64,000 nucleotides of DNA from an uncultured Phycisphaerales bacterium (GTDB lineage: Bacteria > Planctomycetota > Phycisphaerae > WQYP01), in NCBI GenBank assembly GCA_903845195.1, contig CAIMWO010000077.1, positions 8,230 to 72,229 on the forward strand, read 5' to 3'. The translations under genes were made by a program, and so were the position numbers. Below, piece by piece: positions 42,233 through 52,177 of this stretch (positions within the stretch are counted from its first letter, which is position 1; each line of letters opens with the position of its first letter). The notes under the pieces are model-generated. The model had not been told where the DNA came from. It saw nothing but the letters and a program-made list of their open reading frames with translations, and made no database searches.

Positions 42233-45200
42233 ATGTCATTGGATTTGAAACAAGTCCACGAGTTCAAGACGCTGGAGAAGTATCTGGGGGATCGGCGTTT
42301 TTCGCACCCGATGAGGGTGGGCGATTCGCCGTTCCTGGATCTGCTGCAGAAGCGCGTGATGATATTTGACGGCGGGATGGGGACGCAGATTTTTACGTTC
42401 AACCTGTCGCTCAAGGATTTCTGGGACAAGGAGAACTGCACGGACGTGCTGGTGCTGTCGCGTCCGGATGTGATCGAGGAGATTCATCACCGGTATTTTC
42501 TGGCCGGCGCGGACACGGTGGAGACCGATACGTTCGGGGCAAACAAGGTGGTGCTGGCGGAGTTTGGGCTGGCGGACAAGGCCTACGAACTGAACAAGAA
42601 GGCTGTGGAGTTGGCGCGGCAGGCGGCACGGCGTGCGGGCAAGACGCCGGGCGTCGATGCGTTTGTGGCGGGATCGATGGGGCCGGGGACCAAGGCGGTC
42701 ACGCTGGGGCACATTGAGTATGACACGCTGCTGGAGTCGTATACCGAGCAGGCGCTGGGACTGATCGACGGCGGGGCCGATGCGCTGCTGGTGGAGACGC
42801 AATTTGATTTGAATGTCGCCAAGATTGCGGCGACGGCGTGCCTGGATGCGATGCGTCAGCGGGACAAGCGGATTCCGTTGATGGTGCAGGTGACGATGGA
42901 GACGACGGGCACGATGCTGCTCGGAACCGAGATGGCTGCGGCGATTGCGACGCTGGAGGCGTTGCCGATCGACGTGCTGGGGATGAACTGTGCGACGGGT
43001 CCGGAACTGATGCGCCAGCATGTGGAGGTGCTCAGCAACACGTGCACGCGGTATCTGAGCGTGCAACCGAACGCGGGACTGCCGGTGCTGCACGAGGGGC
43101 ATACGCACTTTCCGCTTTCGGCGGAGGAGTTGGCCAAGGCGCACGTCGATTTCGTGCAGACTTTCGGCATCAACATCGCGGGCGGATGCTGCGGGACGAC
43201 GCCGGCGCATATCAAGCTGGTGGCCGAAGCGTTGAAGGGGATCAAGCCCAAGGCGCGGGAAGCGTTTGGCCGGAAGGTTACGGCGGGCAATGCGGTGACG
43301 GCATCGCTCTATTCGGCGGTCAATGCGCGGCAGGATCTTTCGATTCTGATCATTGGGGAGCGGACGAATACGAATGGGTCGAAGAAGTTTAAGGAAGCGA
43401 TTATCGCGGGCGATCTGGATACCTGCGCGGCGATGGGCCGCGAACAGGTGAAGGAAGGCTCGCATGTGGTCGATGTGTGCATCGATTACGTGGGGCGAGA
43501 TGGTGTGCCGGACATGACATGGGTGGTGCAGCGGTTCGCCAAGGATGTGACCGCCCCGCTGATGATCGACTCCACGCAGTTGGATGTGATCGAGGCGGGG
43601 TTAAAGGCGGCGCCGGGCAAGTGCATCGTGAACTCGATCAATCTGGAGGATGGCGAGGAAAAACTGGCCAAGATGTGCTATCTGCTGAAGCGCTACGGGG
43701 CAGGCGTGGTTGCGGGCACGATCGATGAAGACAAGATCGAGGCGATGGGCAAGACGGCGGACCGCAAGATTGCGATCGCGCGGCGGCTTTATGCGATGCT
43801 GACGGAGAAATACGGAATCCCTGAGACCGACATTTATTTTGATCCGCTCATTTTTCCGGTGGTCACGGGGCAGGAGGAAGTGCGCCGGCTGGCGATTGAA
43901 ACGCTGGAGGGCATCCGGCGCATCAGCGCGGAATTCCCGAATTGCCACACGACGCTGGGGCTTTCCAATGTGTCATTCGGGCTGAAGCCGTACGCGCGGC
44001 TGGTCATTAACTCGGCGTTCTTCAATGAGTGCGTGAAGGCGGGGCTGACTTCGGCGATCGTGCATGCCAGCAAGATTTTGCCGCAGAATAAGATCAATCC
44101 GGAGCATTATCAGTGGGCGCTCGACCTGATTTACGACCGGTCGCGCGAGGGATACAGCCCATTAGGGCTGCTTTCGACGCTGGGCGATGAACGCAAGGCG
44201 GTCGATGCAGGCGAGAATGAGAAGCGGCCGATCGAAGAGAAGCTGAAGCATCACATCATCGACGGCGACAAGCAGAAGTTGATCGAGCATCTTGAGGAGG
44301 CACGTGCGAAGTACAAGCCGCTGGACATCATTAACGATCACCTGTTGGCGGGGATGAAGGTGGTCGGCGAGTTGTTTGGCTCGGGGCAGATGCAGTTGCC
44401 GTTTGTGCTGCAATCGGCGGAAGTGATGAAGGCCGCAGTGGCGCATCTTGAGAAGTACATGGAGAAGGTGGACGGGCAGAGCCGGGGCAAGCTGGTGCTG
44501 GCGACGGTCAAGGGGGATGTGCACGACATCGGGAAGAACCTGGTCGACATCATCCTGACGAATAACGGATTCACGGTATACAACCTGGGCATCAAGCAGC
44601 CGATCGCGAACGTGATTGCCAAGGTGAAAGAGGTCGGGGCCGATGCGGTGGGGCTTTCGGGGTTGCTGGTGAAATCGACGCTGGTGATGCGGGACGATCT
44701 GCAGGAGCTGAATCGGTTGAATCTGAATTTCCCGGTCATCCTGGGCGGTGCGGCACTGACGCGCAAGTATGTGGAGGCGGATCTGCGCGGCATCTACCGC
44801 GGGCCGCTGTTTTATGGCAAGGATGCGTTCGAAGGCCTGCACGTCATGGATGCCATTTGCACGGGGAAGACCAAGGACGTGCTGGTGGCATCGGGTGTCG
44901 GGGAAGAGCGTGCAGCGGCGTATTGCGGCGGCGGGCTGGCGGCGGTGCCAATTCAGAATTCAGAATTCGGAATTCAGAATGATGGGGCTTCGACTGCGGA
45001 GTATGCGGTATCGGATATTCTCAGAGCGGCGCCGGTTCCTGCGCCGCCGTTCCTGGGGACGCGTGTCGTCAAAGATATCCCGGTTGAGCAGTTGTTTCCG
45101 TACATTGATGAGGTGGCGCTATTCCGCGGTCAGTGGCAGTTCAAGTCGGGCAACAAATCGCGCGATGATTTCCGCCAGTGGACGGAGGAAACGGTTCGGC

Positions 45201-45829
45201 CGATTTTCAATCGCATCAAGCAGCAGGTCGTGGATCTGAAGATTCTTCATCCTGCCGCGGTCTATGGTTACTTTCTGTGTAATGCGGATAAGAACGATTT
45301 GGTCATTTATGAAGATGACGGGAAGACGGAGAAGCTTCGCTTCAGTTTCCCCCGCCAGGCGGACAAGAAGCGGTGGTGCCTTTCTGATTTCTTCCGGCCG
45401 GTGGAATCGGGCGTGAAGGATGTGGCGGCGTTTACGTGCGTTTCGGTCGGTTCGGATATTTCGCCGTACGAGAATGCGTTGCGGGAGAAGGGGGAGTATC
45501 AGGAATATCTGTACATGCACGGCATCGGCGTGCAGATGGCCGAGGCGCTGGCGGAATTCTGGCACAAGCGGGTGCGGCAGGAATTGGGCATTGCCACGGC
45601 CGACGGCCCGACGATGCGCGACCTGTTTGCCTGCCGGTATCAGGGGTGCCGCTATAGCTTTGGATATCCGGCATGTCCGGAACTCGAAGATGAGATCAAG
45701 CTGTTCAAGTTGCTCGATCCAGCGCGGATTGGCTGCGAGTTGACGGAGAATTTCTTCATCACGCCGGAGCAGTCGACGTCCGCGTTGATCGTGCATCACG
45801 CGCAAGCCAAGTACTTCAACGTGGTCTGA
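42233..45829 (+). CDS. metH: Cobalamin-dependent methionine synthase (full length: Hcy-binding, pterin-binding, B12-binding and AdoMet-activation domains)
   Basis: 1198 aa. B12-binding DxHxxG-type motif (GDVHDIGKN) and conserved MetH blocks. Contains an in-frame AATTCAG-type repeat at 44950-44980. Confidence 0.95.
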   Translation: MSLDLKQVHEFKTLEKYLGDRRFSHPMRVGDSPFLDLLQKRVMIFDGGMGTQIFTFNLSLKDFWDKENCTDVLVLSRPDVIEEIHHRYFLAGADTVETDTFGANKVVLAEFGLADKAYELNKKAVELARQAARRAGKTPGVDAFVAGSMGPGTKAVTLGHIEYDTLLESYTEQALGLIDGGADALLVETQFDLNVAKIAATACLDAMRQRDKRIPLMVQVTMETTGTMLLGTEMAAAIATLEALPIDVLGMNCATGPELMRQHVEVLSNTCTRYLSVQPNAGLPVLHEGHTHFPLSAEELAKAHVDFVQTFGINIAGGCCGTTPAHIKLVAEALKGIKPKAREAFGRKVTAGNAVTASLYSAVNARQDLSILIIGERTNTNGSKKFKEAIIAGDLDTCAAMGREQVKEGSHVVDVCIDYVGRDGVPDMTWVVQRFAKDVTAPLMIDSTQLDVIEAGLKAAPGKCIVNSINLEDGEEKLAKMCYLLKRYGAGVVAGTIDEDKIEAMGKTADRKIAIARRLYAMLTEKYGIPETDIYFDPLIFPVVTGQEEVRRLAIETLEGIRRISAEFPNCHTTLGLSNVSFGLKPYARLVINSAFFNECVKAGLTSAIVHASKILPQNKINPEHYQWALDLIYDRSREGYSPLGLLSTLGDERKAVDAGENEKRPIEEKLKHHIIDGDKQKLIEHLEEARAKYKPLDIINDHLLAGMKVVGELFGSGQMQLPFVLQSAEVMKAAVAHLEKYMEKVDGQSRGKLVLATVKGDVHDIGKNLVDIILTNNGFTVYNLGIKQPIANVIAKVKEVGADAVGLSGLLVKSTLVMRDDLQELNRLNLNFPVILGGAALTRKYVEADLRGIYRGPLFYGKDAFEGLHVMDAICTGKTKDVLVASGVGEERAAAYCGGGLAAVPIQNSEFGIQNDGASTAEYAVSDILRAAPVPAPPFLGTRVVKDIPVEQLFPYIDEVALFRGQWQFKSGNKSRDDFRQWTEETVRPIFNRIKQQVVDLKILHPAAVYGYFLCNADKNDLVIYEDDGKTEKLRFSFPRQADKKRWCLSDFFRPVESGVKDVAAFTCVSVGSDISPYENALREKGEYQEYLYMHGIGVQMAEALAEFWHKRVRQELGIATADGPTMRDLFACRYQGCRYSFGYPACPELEDEIKLFKLLDPARIGCELTENFFITPEQSTSALIVHHAQAKYFNVV
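44950..44980. repeat. (AATTCAG/AATTCGG)4+ heptanucleotide microsatellite inside metH, in frame (encodes IQNSEFGIQN)
   Basis: aattcag aattcag aattcgg aattcag aat, read directly. Confidence 0.9.
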
Positions 45830-45882
45830 AACGCGATCATTGAGAAGCAAGAATCAAGAAGCATTGAAGCAATACAAAACAT

Positions 45883-45913
45883 CGAGGCCCGCAGCGTATG
45901 CTGCGGGCCTCGG
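45883..45913. terminator. Bidirectional GC-rich hairpin between the convergent metH and PEP-CTERM genes
   Basis: cgaggcccgcagc-gtat-gctgcgggcctcg: a 13-bp perfect stem. Confidence 0.55.
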
Positions 45914-45945
45914 GTGATGATTACATAATCACTATGAGAGACTGA

Positions 45946-46704
45946 TCAGCGACGACGACGGGCCAGTAGGCCGATCGCGCCGAGACTCAACAGGCCCAGG
46001 GACGCGGGTTCAGGAACGCCGCCACCCGGGGGCGCACAATCCGTGCAGGGGATAAAGATGGAGAAATCTTTCTTGTGAATGTCAGCTGCACTGTCCAAAT
46101 CGAGGGCGCTGGCCGCCAGAATATTGTTCACGTCAACGGTGTACTGGCTGTAGGCCTTCGAGAAGCCATTCACGTCGGCGCTGCCGACCCATGAACCGTC
46201 CGCATTGAAGGTGGCGACGATGTTAGAGTTCTTTTGTTCCGTGAATTGGCCATTGATGGCATTGACAACGAATTGAGCCCCAGTGGCTTGTACCTGGCCG
46301 TTGCCGACGGTCTCAAAGTGACCACCTTCCTGAAGCAGCAATTCCAGATCGACGGGCGAGCTGGTTGTGATCGTGAACTTGATGTGAGCATCGAGTTGTT
46401 CCACGGAAGTATTATCAAACGCCGGGAAAGCCGTCGCGCCAAACTTAGAGAAGCTGGCCGTCGGGAAGGTGATATTGAGCCCGCCTGCGACGGCGACGAC
46501 CACGGGAGTGCCGTAAAGCGGGGGCGGGACAGTCACGAGCGCGGTGCCCGGCGGGCTGAAGGTGGTCTCGGTCAGCGTGCCGTCTTCGCTGACGAAGTTG
46601 ACGGCGTAGGTAATCGCGGCCTGGGCAGCGCTGGCGCTCATAAAAGCGACGGCCGCGGCTGCCAAGCCCAACAGGGCCTTGGAACGTTTGGATACGAATT
46701 CCAT
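45946..46704 (-). CDS. PEP-CTERM domain secreted protein
   Basis: Signal peptide MEFVSKRSKALLGLAAAAVAFMSASAAQA from ATG 46704. C-terminal VPEPASLGLLSLGAIGLLARRRR. GGGAGAGAGAG immediately upstream of the ATG. Confidence 0.8.
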   Translation of the reverse strand: MEFVSKRSKALLGLAAAAVAFMSASAAQAAITYAVNFVSEDGTLTETTFSPPGTALVTVPPPLYGTPVVVAVAGGLNITFPTASFSKFGATAFPAFDNTSVEQLDAHIKFTITTSSPVDLELLLQEGGHFETVGNGQVQATGAQFVVNAINGQFTEQKNSNIVATFNADGSWVGSADVNGFSKAYSQYTVDVNNILAASALDLDSAADIHKKDFSIFIPCTDCAPPGGGVPEPASLGLLSLGAIGLLARRRR

Positions 46705-47510
46705 CTCTCTCTCCCTAAAAAAACAATACGCATCGGCAGCGTAACGCGCGCTGTACCGCATTCATTCCGAACATGATTAATAACTGATCGGCCATCGCCA
46801 ACCATCCGCATGAATCATGAATCACGCAGGACGCGACCGAAGTTTCATCCGGTCTCAGTCACTTCCCAAATTGTCTGAATGATTCCAAACGCAAGGCAGG
46901 TCTCTCTCTCCCTCCTTGCCTCCGCGCGCCACTAACTCGCGCGCGGTGGAATCGTCTCTCAAATGATCCGGTCTCAAATATAGCGTGTGTTCAAGTGTCT
47001 CTCTCCCGGCGAGAATTTGGTCACATCACAAAGTCGATGACCGAATACAGAATGAATAATATCACCAAAATGGGGTGATTCAATCGGAATCTCAAAAACT
47101 TGTTTGTTACGGCCATGCGGGAATTGCCAGCATAATCGATCAGGATGCGGTTCGTGGTTACGAAGAACGGTTAACAATCTGGAAAATTGTCCGAAATCAG
47201 CGGGCTATTGGGGTTAATATGGGTCCACAAAAAAGAACTGCATTGCGAAATCTCTGCTCACTATACCGATGGACATAGGCAGAAAAACCTTTCGTTAAGG
47301 TCTGGTTGGGATCTTTGAATAGCCGCGTCGTTGAGAGAATCTGTGCTTTATGACTGGCACGTTGCTGCGGCGGCTCAGTGCTGGTCGCGAACCCAATGCT
47401 GATCCCGTACCACGTGGGCCGGGGCTGCATGTGCGTGAGCTACACCCTATGGGCTGCAGGCTATAACATGTGTACGTTCTGGTTGTAAAGACGATGTTTG
47501 GAGTTGGTGC

Positions 47511-49301
47511 ATGCATTCAACGTCGGCGGTCGCTGGTCATGAGCGTTTCACGGTTTGTCGCAAGGCGGTGGTGCAGGAATTGATCAAGCCGGCGCGCGTC
47601 GTCGCACGGGGAGAGGGGAAGTGGTTCATCGATTTTGGCAGGGCGTGTTTTGGGGGACTGGAGTTGGTCCTCGATAAACCGGAGGCGGGACGAAAGGTGA
47701 CGGCGAGACTGGGTGAGAAGTTGGCGGCGCCGGAGGAGATCGATCGGCAACCGGGGGGATCGGTGCGGTATCTGGAGGCCGCCGTGGTCTTGGCAGCGGG
47801 AAGGAGTGTCTATCGGTTGGAACTCGGGGAGAAGGATGGCCGACTGATGCCCGATGCAGTGGGGCCGGTCATGCCATTTCGTTATGCCGAACTGGAGGGG
47901 TTGCCGACTGGGCTTGGCGAGAAGGAATTGAGGAATGGGGCGGTGCGGCAGGTGATGGCCTTCTATCCGTTCGATGATGGAGCTGCGGATTTTTCCTGTG
48001 CGGATAACCAGTTGAACGCCATCTGGGAGATGTGTAAGCACACAATTAAGGCGACGAGTTTCGGCGGCGTGTTTGTGGACGGCGATCGGGAACGCAAACC
48101 GTATGAGGCGGATGCGTACATCAACCAACTGGGGTGGTATTGCTGCACGACGGATGTGACGCTGCCACGGCACACGCACGAGTACTTGATGCTGCATCCC
48201 ACGTGGCCGACGGAATGGATCTTGTTTTCGGTGCTCATTGCTTGGGAGGACTACGTTTACACCGGAGACGATGCGAGCCTGCGGGCGTTTTACGACGATC
48301 TGAAGGCGAAGACGTTGCAGGCGCTGGCGCGTGATGATGGCCTCATCAGCACGGTGAAGCCAGCGGTTTCCGAGTCAGTGCTGGCATCGATATACCTTCA
48401 AGAAAAGCTACAGGATATTGTCGATTGGCCTTGGGCAGAGCGCGATGGCTGCGATACGCGTCCGGTGAATACCGTGGTGAATGCCTTTCATTGCCGTGCG
48501 CTGACGCTCATGGCGCGCATCGCGGAGGTGGTCGGGCATCTGCAGGATGCGGCAGTCTTCAGGACGGCGGCACGGCATGCGACTGACAGCCTGAACGAAA
48601 AACTGGTGGATCGGGTTACGGGTTTGTATGTCGACGGCGAAGGCAGCACGCACAGTTGCCTGCATGCAAATTTGTTTCCGCTGGCCTTTGGTCTGGTGCC
48701 TGCGGAACGGAAGGAGCGGGTGCTGGCGTTCATTGAGGGTCGCGGAATGGCCTGCAGTGTGTATGCGGCGCAATTCTTGATGGATGTGCTGTTCGACCAC
48801 CAGCGGGGAGATGCCGCGCTGGCCCTGATGACGGCGCCGGGCAACCGGAGTTGGCGGCACATGGTCGAAGACGTGGGAACGACCCTCGCGCTCGAGGCCT
48901 GGGACAACCAATACAAACCTAATCAGGATTGGAATCACGCATGGGGCGCGGCACCCGCTAATGTTCTGCCGCGGAAGGTACTGGGCATTGAGCCTTTGGA
49001 GCCGGGCATGTCGCGGGTGCTCATTTGGCCGCGTGCGGGAAAGCTGGCGTGGGCGAAAGGAAAGATTCCCACTGTGAAGGGAACGATTGCCGTGGAGTGG
49101 GAGCGGACTGGCGCGGACGGTTTTCGGATGGAGATCGAGTTGCCGCCAGGCATCGTGGCGCGGGTGGGGTTACCGCGACTGGGGGGCACGGTGGAAGTGG
49201 ATGTCGATGGGCAGGAGAAGAAGGGGGAAGAACGGGACGGGGCGGTATTTGTGGAAATCGTCGACGCCGGCAGGCACCGTTGTGAGTTACGCACCCGATA
49301 G
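47511..49301 (+). CDS. Six-hairpin glycoside hydrolase, GH78 alpha-L-rhamnosidase-like (tentative family)
   Basis: 596 aa. DRERKPYEADAY...GW resembles the rhamnosidase CPQRDERLGWTGD region, and the WEDYVYTGD segment is consistent with an (alpha/alpha)6 catalytic domain followed by a C-terminal beta-sandwich. Confidence 0.45.
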   Translation: MHSTSAVAGHERFTVCRKAVVQELIKPARVVARGEGKWFIDFGRACFGGLELVLDKPEAGRKVTARLGEKLAAPEEIDRQPGGSVRYLEAAVVLAAGRSVYRLELGEKDGRLMPDAVGPVMPFRYAELEGLPTGLGEKELRNGAVRQVMAFYPFDDGAADFSCADNQLNAIWEMCKHTIKATSFGGVFVDGDRERKPYEADAYINQLGWYCCTTDVTLPRHTHEYLMLHPTWPTEWILFSVLIAWEDYVYTGDDASLRAFYDDLKAKTLQALARDDGLISTVKPAVSESVLASIYLQEKLQDIVDWPWAERDGCDTRPVNTVVNAFHCRALTLMARIAEVVGHLQDAAVFRTAARHATDSLNEKLVDRVTGLYVDGEGSTHSCLHANLFPLAFGLVPAERKERVLAFIEGRGMACSVYAAQFLMDVLFDHQRGDAALALMTAPGNRSWRHMVEDVGTTLALEAWDNQYKPNQDWNHAWGAAPANVLPRKVLGIEPLEPGMSRVLIWPRAGKLAWAKGKIPTVKGTIAVEWERTGADGFRMEIELPPGIVARVGLPRLGGTVEVDVDGQEKKGEERDGAVFVEIVDAGRHRCELRTR

Positions 49302-49407
49302 GGGCCGAGTACACGGCCGTTCGGTTCGGATGGAAAGCCGGAGTGCGTTTAATGACCTGATAAACGCTGATGGCCCCGGCGGTTGCCGGAGCCATCAGTT
49401 TTTTCAA

Positions 49408-49482
49408 TCGGGGCGACAGGATTTGAACCTGCGACCCCCAGACCCCCAGTCTGGTGCGCTAGCCAGGCTGCGCTACGCCCCG
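49408..49482 (-). tRNA. tRNA-Pro (anticodon GGG)
   Basis: Reverse complement gives CGGGGCG-UA-GCGC...GCGC-A-CCAGA-CUGGGGG-UCUGG-GGGUC-GCAGGUUCAAAUCCUGU-CGCCCCG-A. Confidence 0.9.
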
Positions 49483-49645
49483 AGAAGTCCGCTACTATAC
49501 CCGAAGGGCTATTTCCTAGCCAATAGCCGTGCGAATTTTGTCCGAGCGTGTTTATCGCCTTAGGCGCAAGGAACACCTCCCCCGCTGCGGCCACTGGCCG
49601 CATCGCCAGACACTTTGCATACACCCAAGTGCCCGCCGCGTTCGT

Positions 49646-50014
49646 TCAACGCTCCCGCGCGTAGTCCACCATTCCCTGAAAATCCACGATCACTGCATCT
49701 ACGTCTCCCACCACCCACGCATCGTGGCCGGAGGGTAGCAGGGAGACATCGCCAGGACGGCAGTCGAATTCCGTGCCATCGTCCATCCTGATCCGCAGGA
49801 CACCCGCGACGTGATACTGAAAGTGCGCGGCCTCACAACTCTTCGTTTTGGCAATAGGCTGCACGCAAGTCGCCCAGCGCCACCCTGGCTGCAAAGTCAC
49901 GCGCCCCACTGTGGCCCCGCCGATCTTCACCAGTTCGAGCCGGCCCTTCGGAAATTCGCGTACTTCATCCGGCTTCTCAAAACTCACCCGTTCTGCCATC
50001 TGCATGACCTGCAT
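49646..50014 (-). CDS. Cupin-domain protein
   Basis: ATG at 50014 with AAGAGGTGG 4-5 nt upstream. Conserved cupin motifs GRVTLQPGW...H and PGDVSLLPSGHDAW. Confidence 0.65.
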   Translation of the reverse strand: MQVMQMAERVSFEKPDEVREFPKGRLELVKIGGATVGRVTLQPGWRWATCVQPIAKTKSCEAAHFQYHVAGVLRIRMDDGTEFDCRPGDVSLLPSGHDAWVVGDVDAVIVDFQGMVDYARER

Positions 50015-50277
50015 ATTCCACCTCTTTCTAGGGGTTAGAAGTGACCACTTTGTCGATGAGATGATAGGCACCCGGGGCATTTGGTTCTGAAAAAAATGTT
50101 GGGAAGAACTAGACCGCTCACCTCTGGTCACATCTTCCGCCGAGCATTTCACGCCTGATGAATAGCGTTGCTCCCCCATGCGTGGTTTCGCTGTTGAATT
50201 GTTTGCGAAAAACGTCACGATCCCCCGTGTCCGAAGACACGTGCCTTTTCACTTGCAGCTGCTGTATTCTGAGAAAT

Positions 50278-50351
50278 TGGAGACGACCGGGATCGAACCG
50301 GCAACCCCTAGCTTGCAAAGCTAGTGCTCTCCCAATTGAGCTACGTCCCCG
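50278..50351 (-). tRNA. tRNA-Ala (anticodon UGC)
   Basis: GGGGACG acceptor with G3:U70. D-arm GCUCAAUUGGGAGAGC. Anticodon loop UUUGCAA. T-arm GCCGGUUCGAUCCCGGU. Confidence 0.9.
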
Positions 50352-50484
50352 TGTCGGCGTTGCCGCGACAGATGGGTCATCCTACCAAATGGCCTTCCTA
50401 TTACAAGGTTGGCGAAGGGACGCGAGGGTTGAAACCCCCCGCCGCGTGCCCCTATGATGCGCGGGTCTTTGGAAGGATCAATTC

Positions 50485-51759
50485 ATGACCACTAGCATTG
50501 AGCACGGCGCGGCCCGCTTGAGTTCCGAGCAGGTCGCGACGCAGAAGTTAAATCCTCGTGCCGTGAAGGCTGTGCCGGACGTACACGGGCATTTCGGCCA
50601 GTATGGCGGGATGTACGTGCCCGAAACGCTGATGGGCGCGGTGCGCCAGCTGGCCGACGAATATGAACGGGCCAAAAAGGATCCGGCGTTCAAGGAGCAG
50701 TTGAATTACTACCTGCGGCAATTTGTGGGCCGGCCTACGCCGTTGTATTTCGCACAGCGACTGACGGAATTGGGCGGCGGCGCGAAGATTTATTTGAAGC
50801 GCGAAGACCTGGCGCATACCGGGGCGCACAAGATTAACAACACCATCGGGCAGACGCTGCTGACGCTGCGGATGGGCAAGAAGCGGGTGATTGCTGAGAC
50901 CGGCGCCGGCCAGCACGGCGTGGCGACGGCGACCGCGGCAGCGGCGTTCGGGCTGACGTGCGATGTGTACATGGGGTCGGAAGATATTCGCCGGCAGAAT
51001 CTGAATGTGTTTCGGATGCGGTTGATGGGCACGCGGGTGATCTCCGTGGAGTCGGGATCGAAGACGCTCAAGGATGCTACGAACGAGGCGATGCGCGATT
51101 GGATGGGCTCGGTGGCGCATACGCATTACATCATCGGTTCGGTGGTCGGGCCGCACCCGTTTCCGCAGATCGTGCGGGATTTTCAGTCCATCATCGGCAT
51201 TGAGACGCGGCAGCAGTGCCTCGATACGTTCGAGCGGCTGCCGGATGCGATCGTCGCGTGCGTCGGCGGCGGATCGAATGCGGCGGGAATCTTCTATCCG
51301 TTTGTCGAAGACTCCGGCGTGAAGCTCTTTGGTGTCGAGGCCGGCGGGCGCGGGCTGAATCCCGGAGACCATGCGGCGTCGATCGGATTCGGCAAGCCGG
51401 GGGTGCTGCACGGGTCGCTTTCGTATGTGCTGCAGACGCCGGACGGACAGACGGCGGATGTGCATTCGGTGTCGGCAGGGCTCGATTATCCGGGCGTAGG
51501 TCCGGAGCACGCATACTGGAAGGATGCAGGCCGGGTGGCGTATTCCTCAATCACGGATAAGCAAGCCCTTGAGGCCTTCCAGATTCTTGCACAACGTGAA
51601 GGGATCATCCCCGCACTGGAATCCGCACATGCGATCGCGTTTGCTCTCCAACAGGCGCGTACAATGTCCAAGGATCAGATTCTGGTGATCAACCTCTCAG
51701 GCCGCGGCGACAAGGATTGCGTCGAAGTGGCCCGGCTGCTGGAGACGGCAAAGAGTTGA
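50485..51759 (+). CDS. trpB: Tryptophan synthase beta chain (with an N-terminal extension)
   Basis: PLP-lysine context [15 protein letters not shown], and GGGSNAAG motifs; 424 aa. Confidence 0.9.
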   Translation: MTTSIEHGAARLSSEQVATQKLNPRAVKAVPDVHGHFGQYGGMYVPETLMGAVRQLADEYERAKKDPAFKEQLNYYLRQFVGRPTPLYFAQRLTELGGGAKIYLKREDLAHTGAHKINNTIGQTLLTLRMGKKRVIAETGAGQHGVATATAAAAFGLTCDVYMGSEDIRRQNLNVFRMRLMGTRVISVESGSKTLKDATNEAMRDWMGSVAHTHYIIGSVVGPHPFPQIVRDFQSIIGIETRQQCLDTFERLPDAIVACVGGGSNAAGIFYPFVEDSGVKLFGVEAGGRGLNPGDHAASIGFGKPGVLHGSLSYVLQTPDGQTADVHSVSAGLDYPGVGPEHAYWKDAGRVAYSSITDKQALEAFQILAQREGIIPALESAHAIAFALQQARTMSKDQILVINLSGRGDKDCVEVARLLETAKS

Positions 51760-51781
51760 TCCGCTGTTACGCAAATTGGAA

Positions 51782-52144
51782 ATGACCATGAACGACCTGC
51801 TGAAGAAAATCATCGGTATGCAATTGTGTGCGGTTGCGGGAATGCTGCTGGTCGGCTGCGAGTCGGAGTTTGCGTCCGATCCGACGCGGCCGATGCCGAC
51901 GCGCGCGGTGGAGAGTCCGCAAGATGTGAGCAGTCCGAATCATGAGATCATGGTGCAGAATCCGGGGACGGTGCCGCTGGTTTCGGTAACGCTGCCGAAC
52001 CGGCCGGGTGAGAATCCGCAGGTCAGGACGATCGCGGACAACGTTCACGATACGTTCACGCCACCCGCGGCCACGCGCCCCACCAGCACTGGCACTGAGA
52101 CCGTTACCCCCCCTATCCACATCGATCCCATTTCCGGCAAGTAG
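51782..52144 (+). CDS. Small lipoprotein, Pro/Thr-rich
   Basis: Signal peptide with LLVGC lipobox, followed by a low-complexity mature region. Confidence 0.5.
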   Translation: MTMNDLLKKIIGMQLCAVAGMLLVGCESEFASDPTRPMPTRAVESPQDVSSPNHEIMVQNPGTVPLVSVTLPNRPGENPQVRTIADNVHDTFTPPAATRPTSTGTETVTPPIHIDPISGK

Positions 52145-52177
52145 TATTCGCTAGCTTTTCGCGCCTGCCGAAGGGAA

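Noticed and set aside
42236-43465. 409-aa minus-strand ORF inside metH
   Set aside because: It is antisense to a fully conserved MetH and its translation is Arg/His/Gln-rich.
46974-47516. Small ORFs in the 46.8-47.5 kb intergenic region
   Set aside because: They have no RBS, and their composition and overlap with GA-tract leader elements suggest non-coding regulatory DNA upstream of the divergent PEP-CTERM and glycoside hydrolase genes.
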